Assembly (NCBI GenBank): GCA_002269645.1
Contig: NIVC01000078.1
Coordinates: 1 to 54,293 of the forward strand
Length of the DNA: 54,293 nucleotides
Direction of reading: 5' to 3'
DNA from: Macrostomum lignano
Taxonomy: Eukaryota
A model generated the notes under the pieces. That model was not told where the DNA came from and made no database searches. It saw only the letters and a program-made list of their open reading frames with translations. This document shows positions 42,001-50,461 of this stretch, piece after piece; within the stretch, counting starts at the first letter, position 1; every line of letters begins with the position of its first letter. A program made the position numbers and the translations under genes.

Positions 42001-45000
42001 TTCGAACGCCTGTGCATGCGCGAGACTGCTTGGTGTAGTTATTAGAAGGCAACTGCGCCTCTAGCTTAAACCGTGTCTATTTGTCTAAAGAAACTGACTG
42101 CGTGCAAAATACAAGTGCGCGGAAGCAGAATAACACGTGAGCGTATTGAGCGTATTTTCGAACGCCTGTGCATGCGCGAGACTGCTTGGTGTAGTTATTA
42201 GAAGGCAACTGCGCCTCTAGCTTAAACCGTGTCTATTTGTCTAAAGAAACTGACTGCGTGCAAAATACAAGTGCGCGGAAGCAGAATAACACGCCGTGAG
42301 CGTATTGAGCGTATTTTCGAACGCCTGTGCATGCGCGAGACTGCTTGGTGTAGTTATTAGAAGGCAACTGCGCCTCTAGCTTAAACCGTGTCTATTTGTC
42401 TAAAGAAACTGACTGCGTGCAAAATACAAGTGCGCGGAAGCAGAATAACACGCCGTGAGCGTATTGAGCGTATTTTCGAACGCCTGTGCATGCGCGAGAC
42501 TGCTTGGTGTAGTTATTAGAAGGCAACTGCGCCTCTAGCTTAAACCGTGTCTATTTGTCTAAAGAAACTGACTGCGTGCAAAATACAAGTGCGCGGAAGC
42601 AGAATAACACGCCGTGAGCGTATTGAGCGTATTTTCGAACGCCTGTGCATGCGCGAGACTGCTTGGTGTAGTTATTAGAAGGCAACTGCGCCTCTAGCTT
42701 AAACCGTGTCTATTTGTCTAAAGAAACTGACTGCGTGCAAAATACAAGTGCGCGGAAGCAGAATAACACGCCGTGAGCGTATTTTCGAACGCCTGTGCAT
42801 GCGCGAGACTGCTTGGTGTAGTTATTAGAAGGCAACTGCGCCTCTAGCTTAAACCGTGTCTATTTGTCTAAAGAAACTGACTGCGTGCAAAATACAAGTG
42901 CGCGGAAGCAGAATAACACGCCGTGAGCGTATTGAGCGTATTTTCGAACGCCTGTGCATGCGCGAGACTGCTTGGTGTAGTTATTAGAAGGCAACTGCGC
43001 CTCTAGCTTAAACCGTGTCTATTTGTCTAAAGAAACTGACTGCGTGCAAAATACAAGTGCGCGGAAGCAGAATAACACGCCGTGAGCGTATTGAGCGTAT
43101 TTTCGAACGCCTGTGCATGCGCGAGACTGCTTGGTGTAGTTATTAGAAGGCAACTGCGCCTCTAGCTTAAACCGTGTCTATTTGTCTAAAGAAACTGACT
43201 GCGTGCAAAATACAAGTGCGCGGAAGCAGAATAACACGCCGTGAGCGTATTGAGCGTATTTTCGAACGCCTGTGCATGCGCGAGACTGCTTGGTGTAGTT
43301 ATTAGAAGGCAACTGCGCCTCTAGCTTAAACCGTGTCTATTTGTCTAAAGAAACTGACTGCGTGCAAAATACAAGTGCGCGGAAGCAGAATAACACGCCG
43401 TGAGCGTATTGAGCGTATTTTCGAACGCCTGTGCATGCGCGAGACTGCTTGGTGTAGTTATTAGAAGGCAACTGCGCCTCTAGCTTAAACCGTGTCTATT
43501 TGTCTAAAGAAACTGACTGCGTGCAAAATACAAGTGCGCGGAAGCAGAATAACACGCCGTGAGCGTATTGAGCGTATTTTCGAACGCCTGTGCATGCGCG
43601 AGACTGCTTGGTGTAGTTATTAGAAGGCAACTGCGCCTCTAGCTTAAACCGTGTCTATTTGTCTAAAGAAACTGACTGCGTGCAAAATACAAGTGCGCGG
43701 AAGCAGAATAACACGCCGTGAGCGTATTGAGCGTATTTTCGAACGCCTGTGCATGCGCGAGACTGCTTGGTGTAGTTATTAGAAGGCAACTGCGCCTCTA
43801 GCTTAAACCGTGTCTATTTGTCTAAAGAAACTGACTGCGTGCAAAATACAAGTGCGCGGAAGCAGAATAACACGCCGTGAGCGTATTGAGCGTATTTTCG
43901 AACGCCTGTGCATGCGCGAGACTGCTTGGTGTAGTTATTAGAAGGCAACTGCGCCTCTAGCTTAAACCGTGTCTATTTGTCTAAAGAAACTGACTGCGTG
44001 CAAAATACAAGTGCGCGGAAGCAGAATAACACGCCGTGAGCGTATTGAGCGTATTTTCGAACGCCTGTGCATGCGCGAGACTGCTTGGTGTAGTTATTAG
44101 AAGGCAACTGCGCCTCTAGCTTAAACCGTGTCTATTTGTCTAAAGAAACTGACTGCGTGCAAAATACAAGTGCGCGGAAGCAGAATAACACGCCGTGAGC
44201 GTATTGAGCGTATTTTCGAACGCCTGTGCATGCGCGAGACTGCTTGGTGTAGTTATTAGAAGGCAACTGCGCCTCTAGCTTAAACCGTGTCTATTTGTCT
44301 AAAGAAACTGACTGCGTGCAAAATACAAGTGCGCGGAAGCAGAATAACACGCCGTGAGCGTATTGAGCGTATTTTCGAACGCCTGTGCATGCGCGAGACT
44401 GCTTGGTGTAGTTATTAGAAGGCAACTGCGCCTCTAGCTTAAACCGTGTCTATTTGTCTAAAGAAACTGACTGCGTGCAAAATACAAGTGCGCGGAAGCA
44501 GAATAACACGCCGTGAGCGTATTGAGCGTATTTTCGAACGCCTGTGCATGCGCGAGACTGCTTGGTGTAGTTATTAGAAGGCAACTGCGCCTCTAGCTTA
44601 AACCGTGTCTATTTGTCTAAAGAAACTGACTGCGTGCAAAATACAAGTGCGCGGAAGCAGAATAACACGCCGTGAGCGTATTTTCGAACGCCTGTGCATG
44701 CGCGAGACTGCTTGGTGTAGTTATTAGAAGGCAACTGCGCCTCTAGCTTAAACCGTGTCTATTTGTCTAAAGAAACTGACTGCGTGCAAAATACAAGTGC
44801 GCGGAAGCAGAATAACACGCCGTGAGCGTATTGAGCGTATTTTCGAACGCCTGTGCATGCGCGAGACTGCTTGGTGTAGTTATTAGAAGGCAACTGCGCC
44901 TCTAGCTTAAACCGTGTCTATTTGTCTAAAGAAACTGACTGCGTGCAAAATACAAGTGCGCGGAAGCAGAATAACACGCCGTGAGCGTATTGAGCGTATT

Positions 45001-48000
45001 TTCGAACGCCTGTGCATGCGCGAGACTGCTTGGTGTAGTTATTAGAAGGCAACTGCGCCTCTAGCTTAAACCGTGTCTATTTGTCTAAAGAAACTGACTG
45101 CGTGCAAAATACAAGTGCGCGGAAGCAGAATAACACGCCGTGAGCGTATTTTCGAACGCCTGTGCATGCGCGAGACTGCTTGGTGTAGTTATTAGAAGGC
45201 AACTGCGCCTCTAGCTTAAACCGTGTCTATTTGTCTAAAGAAACTGACTGCGTGCAAAATACAAGTGCGCGGAAGCAGAATAACACGCCGTGAGCGTATT
45301 GAGCGTATTTTCGAACGCCTGTGCATGCGCGAGACTGCTTGGTGTAGTTATTAGAAGGCAACTGCGCCTCTAGCTTAAACCGTGTCTATTTGTCTAAAGA
45401 AACTGACTGCGTGCAAAATACAAGTGCGCGGAAGCAGAATAACACGCCGTGAGCGTATTTTCGAACGCCTGTGCATGCGCGAGACTGCTTGGTGTAGTTA
45501 TTAGAAGGCAACTGCGCCTCTAGCTTAAACCGTGTCTATTTGTCTAAAGAAACTGACTGCGTGCAAAATACAAGTGCGCGGAAGCAGAATAACACGCCGT
45601 GAGCGTATTGAGCGTATTTTCGAACGCCTGTGCATGCGCGAGACTGCTTGGTGTAGTTATTAGAAGGCAACTGCGCCTCTAGCTTAAACCGTGTCTATTT
45701 GTCTAAAGAAACTGACTGCGTGCAAAATACAAGTGCGCGGAAGCAGAATAACACGCCGTGAGCGTATTTTCGAACGCCTGTGCATGCGCGAGACTGCTTG
45801 GTGTAGTTATTAGAAGGCAACTGCGCCTCTAGCTTAAACCGTGTCTATTTGTCTAAAGAAACTGACTGCGTGCAAAATACAAGTGCGCGGAAGCAGAATA
45901 ACACGCCGTGAGCGTATTGAGCGTATTTTCGAACGCCTGTGCATGCGCGAGACTGCTTGGTGTAGTTATTAGAAGGCAACTGCGCCTCTAGCTTAAACCG
46001 TGTCTATTTGTCTAAAGAAACTGACTGCGTGCAAAATACAAGTGCGCGGAAGCAGAATAACACGCCGTGAGCGTATTGAGCGTATTTTCGAACGCCTGTG
46101 CATGCGCGAGACTGCTTGGTGTAGTTATTAGAAGGCAACTGCGCCTCTAGCTTAAACCGTGTCTATTTGTCTAAAGAAACTGACTGCGTGCAAAATACAA
46201 GTGCGCGGAAGCAGAATAACACGCCGTGAGCGTATTGAGCGTATTTTCGAACGCCTGTGCATGCGCGAGACTGCTTGGTGTAGTTATTAGAAGGCAACTG
46301 CGCCTCTAGCTTAAACCGTGTCTATTTGTCTAAAGAAACTGACTGCGTGCAAAATACAAGTGCGCGGAAGCAGAATAACACGCCGTGAGCGTATTTTCGA
46401 ACGCCTGTGCATGCGCGAGACTGCTTGGTGTAGTTATTAGAAGGCAACTGCGCCTCTAGCTTAAACCGTGTCTATTTGTCTAAAGAAACTGACTGCGTGC
46501 AAAATACAAGTGCGCGGAAGCAGAATAACACGCCGTGAGCGTGAGCGTATTTTCGAACGCCTGTGCATGCGCGAGACTGCTTGGTGTAGTTATTAGAAGG
46601 CAACTGCGCCTCTAGCTTAAACCGTGTCTATTTGTCTAAAGAAACTGACTGCGTGCAAAATACAAGTGCGCGGAAGCAGAATAACACGCCGTGAGCGTAT
46701 TTTCGAACGCCTGTGCATGCGCGAGACTGCTTGGTGTAGTTATTAGAAGGCAACTGCGCCTCTAGCTTAAACCGTGTCTATTTGTCTAAAGAAACTGACT
46801 GCGTGCAAAATACAAGTGCGCGGAAGCAGAATAACACGCCGTGAGCGTATTGAGCGTATTTTCGAACGCCTGTGCATGCGCGAGACTGCTTGGTGTAGTT
46901 ATTAGAAGGCAACTGCGCCTCTAGCTTAAACCGTGTCTATTTGTCTAAAGAAACTGACTGCGTGCAAAATACAAGTGCGCGGAAGCAGAATAACACGCCG
47001 TGAGCGTGAGCGTATTTTCGAACGCCTGTGCATGCGCGAGACTGCTTGGTGTAGTTATTAGAAGGCAACTGCGCCTCTAGCTTAAACCGTGTCTATTTGT
47101 CTAAAGAAACTGACTGCGTGCAAAATACAAGTGCGCGGAAGCAGAATAACACGCCGTGAGCGTATTTTCGAACGCCTGTGCATGCGCGAGACTGCTTGGT
47201 GTAGTTATTAGAAGGCAACTGCGCCTCTAGCTTAAACCGTGTCTATTTGTCTAAAGAAACTGACTGCGTGCAAAATACAAGTGCGCGGAAGCAGAATAAC
47301 ACGCCGTGAGCGTATTGAGCGTATTTTCGAACGCCTGTGCATGCGCGAGACTGCTTGGTGTAGTTATTAGAAGGCAACTGCGCCTCTAGCTTAAACCGTG
47401 TCTATTTGTCTAAAGAAACTGACTGCGTGCAAAATACAAGTGCGCGGAAGCAGAATAACACGCCGTGAGCGTATTTTCGAACGCCTGTGCATGCGCGAGA
47501 CTGCTTGGTGTAGTTATTAGAAGGCAACTGCGCCTCTAGCTTAAACCGTGTCTATTTGTCTAAAGAAACTGACTGCGTGCAAAATACAAGTGCGCGGAAG
47601 CAGAATAACACGCCGTGAGCGTATTGAGCGTATTTTCGAACGCCTGTGCATGCGCGAGACTGCTTGGTGTAGTTATTAGAAGGCAACTGCGCCTCTAGCT
47701 TAAACCGTGTCTATTTGTCTAAAGAAACTGACTGCGTGCAAAATACAAGTGCGCGGAAGCAGAATAACACGCCGTGAGCGTATTTTCGAACGCCTGTGCA
47801 TGCGCGAGACTGCTTGGTGTAGTTATTAGAAGGCAACTGCGCCTCTAGCTTAAACCGTGTCTATTTGTCTAAAGAAACTGACTGCGTGCAAAATACAAGT
47901 GCGCGGAAGCAGAATAACACGCCGTGAGCGTATTGAGCGTATTTTCGAACGCCTGTGCATGCGCGAGACTGCTTGGTGTAGTTATTAGAAGGCAACTGCG

Positions 48001-49391
48001 CCTCTAGCTTAAACCGTGTCTATTTGTCTAAAGAAACTGACTGCGTGCAAAATACAAGTGCGCGGAAGCAGAATAACACGCCGTGAGCGTATTTTCGAAC
48101 GCCTGTGCATGCGCGAGACTGCTTGGTGTAGTTATTAGAAGGCAACTGCGCCTCTAGCTTAAACCGTGTCTATTTGTCTAAAGAAACTGACTGCGTGCAA
48201 AATACAAGTGCGCGGAAGCAGAATAACACGCCGTGAGCGTGAGCGTATTTTCGAACGCCTGTGCATGCGCGAGACTGCTTGGTGTAGTTATTAGAAGGCA
48301 ACTGCGCCTCTAGCTTAAACCGTGTCTATTTGTCTAAAGAAACTGACTGCGTGCAAAATACAAGTGCGCGGAAGCAGAATAACACGCCGTGAGCGTATTT
48401 TCGAACGCCTGTGCATGCGCGAGACTGCTTGGTGTAGTTATTAGAAGGCAACTGCGCCTCTAGCTTAAACCGTGTCTATTTGTCTAAAGAAACTGACTGC
48501 GTGCAAAATACAAGTGCGCGGAAGCAGAATAACACGCCGTGAGCGTATTGAGCGTATTTTCGAACGCCTGTGCATGCGCGAGACTGCTTGGTGTAGTTAT
48601 TAGAAGGCAACTGCGCCTCTAGCTTAAACCGTGTCTATTTGTCTAAAGAAACTGACTGCGTGCAAAATACAAGTGCGCGGAAGCAGAATAACACGCCGTG
48701 AGCGTATTGAGCGTATTTTCGAACGCCTGTGCATGCGCGAGACTGCTTGGTGTAGTTATTAGAAGGCAACTGCGCCTCTAGCTTAAACCGTGTCTATTTG
48801 TCTAAAGAAACTGACTGCGTGCAAAATACAAGTGCGCGGAAGCAGAATAACACGCCGTGAGCGTATTGAGCGTATTTTCGAACGCCTGTGCATGCGCGAG
48901 ACTGCTTGGTGTAGTTATTAGAAGGCAACTGCGCCTCTAGCTTAAACCGTGTCTATTTGTCTAAAGAAACTGACTGCGTGCAAAATACAAGTGCGCGGAA
49001 GCAGAATAACACGCCGTGAGCGTATTTTCGAACGCCTGTGCATGCGCGAGACTGCTTGGTGTAGTTATTAGAAGGCAACTGCGCCTCTAGCTTAAACCGT
49101 GTCTATTTGTCTAAAGAAACTGACTGCGTGCAAAATACAAGTGCGCGGAAGCAGAATAACACGCCGTGAGCGTATTGAGCGTATTTTCGAACGCCTGTGC
49201 ATGCGCGAGACTGCTTGGTGTAGTTATTAGAAGGCAACTGCGCCTCTAGCTTAAACCGTGTCTATTTGTCTAAAGAAACTGACTGCGTGCAAAATACAAG
49301 TGCGCGGAAGCAGAATAACACGCCGTGAGCGTGAGCGTATTTTCGAACGCCTGTGCATGCGCGAGACTGCTTGGTGTAGTTATTAGAAGGC
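1..49391. repeat. Tandem satellite array, 159-bp unit (311 full units + 1 partial); left edge not seen
   Basis: Unit TATTTGTCTAAAGAAACTGACTGCGTGCAAAATACAAGTGCGCGGAAGCAGAATAACACGCCGTGAGCGTATTGAGCGTATTTTCGAACGCCTGTGCATGCGCGAGACTGCTTGGTGTAGTTATTAGAAGGCAACTGCGCCTCTAGCTTAAACCGTGTC (159 bp, 76 G+C). The same line phase recurs every 3180 bp (20 x 159) at 4741, 7921, 11101, 14281, 17461 and 20641. The last unit starts at 49263 and breaks after ...TTATTAGAAGGC (49391). The ORF track has no ORF in this region. Centromeric or other function cannot be shown from sequence. Confidence 0.99.
44610..49391. repeat. Heterogeneous edge zone of the satellite: mixed 159 (L), 150 (S) and 156 (M) bp units
   Basis: 31 units in the order S L L S L S L S L L L S M S L M S L S L S L S M S L L L S L M (12 S, 4 M, 15 L). 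Spacings of the TGAGCG site (44673, 44823, 44982, 45141 ... 49326) match these unit lengths exactly. Confidence 0.93.
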
Positions 49392-50461
49392 TTTTTTTCT
49401 GCTTTTTTTGGATATGGCCTTTTTCTAGGGACTTAGCGACTTAGCTTATTTGAACCGCCGTACTCGATTTAGTCTGCTATAGCTTTGCAGTCGTTTTTAA
49501 GTCTTCCTAGGGTCATTTTTTCGTTTTTCTTTAATTTTTCACTTACTTAGTGCGTTAGCATAGGCATGTAGGGAATTCTTCAAACTAGTCTAAATCAACT
49601 GTAGTCAACTGTTTCCCTTAGTTTCTTCACTATTTTCTTTACTTCTGCTCCCCTCTTGCTCGTATTATCCGCGCTGTGCTTCTTTCTTTCTGTTTCTGCT
49701 CCAATTCATCAACTTAAATTTTCGCAGTAGATAGATAGGCAACAGTTAGTTAATTAATATTTGAATTGCTATTTCCCTCCTCAAGTGTCTAATCCTCTTA
49801 CTTTTCTTCCCCTCAGCTGCCAGCAACTTTATAAGTTTGTAACCTCTCTTATTTATTGGGTTAAATAGCTCTTTTGACTATTTAACCTTTTACTTTTACT
49901 TATATAAAATTATAAAGTAAAATTAGTTTTTGTATATTTGGACCTTATAAGTCCTTATCAAATCTTACTCAAATATTGTATTGTCTAGAGCTAGGTCTAC
50001 TTTTTCTTTTGAGGTATAATCAGCTCTGAGCCTTTTATTTATTTTTTCTAAAATAATTATTATTTAAAGAACTTAACATATAGACAAAAGCTAAAAAAAT
50101 ACAAAAAAATTTTTTTGTAATTTTAAGTATATTACTAAGTACAGCATCCAATTTTTTGCTACTGAACTATAGAAATTAATTATATTATTTATCAAATTGT
50201 TGCTGAGCAGCTTCCTTGCTTCTCTTCTTTAAATTAATTACTCAGGTAGGCAAATTAGAAATTATTCTTTTGAGACTGTCTCGCACCTCTATTGCTAGCA
50301 AAGAATCCAATAACCTACAATTAATTACCAATTTGCTAATAAACTTTTAATTCTACTAAATATTCAAAAAACACTGTGTACCTGTGCTTTGTGCTGTACA
50401 CGGAAAAAAATATATTTTTAGTAATTTAGTACTATCTTGTAGTTTTAAATTTAAATTAGCA
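49392..50461 (+). promoter_or_regulatory. Putative LINE 5' UTR / internal promoter region (~1.07 kb)
   Basis: Non-coding stretch between the satellite junction and ATG 50462. The first ~460 bp are pyrimidine-rich on the + strand and the remainder is very AT-rich. An internal promoter is inferred from general LINE biology and is not seen directly. Confidence 0.6.

Noticed and set aside
1-49391. CRISPR array
   Set aside because: Units are contiguous and essentially identical, with no unique spacers and no cas genes. The context is eukaryotic.
1-49391. Coding repeat (159 bp = 53 codons)
   Set aside because: The length is divisible by three, but the six-frame track reports no ORF anywhere in the array and the unit contains many stop triplets.
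50100-50119. Perfect 20-bp palindrome TAC-A7-T7-GTA in the 5' UTR
   Set aside because: Mostly homopolymer in a very AT-rich region, so chance is likely and there is no supporting context.
50384-50461. GTG-initiated N-terminal extension of ORF1 from the ORF track
   Set aside because: AT-rich UTR-like composition. The compositional shift to coding-like sequence coincides with ATG 50462.
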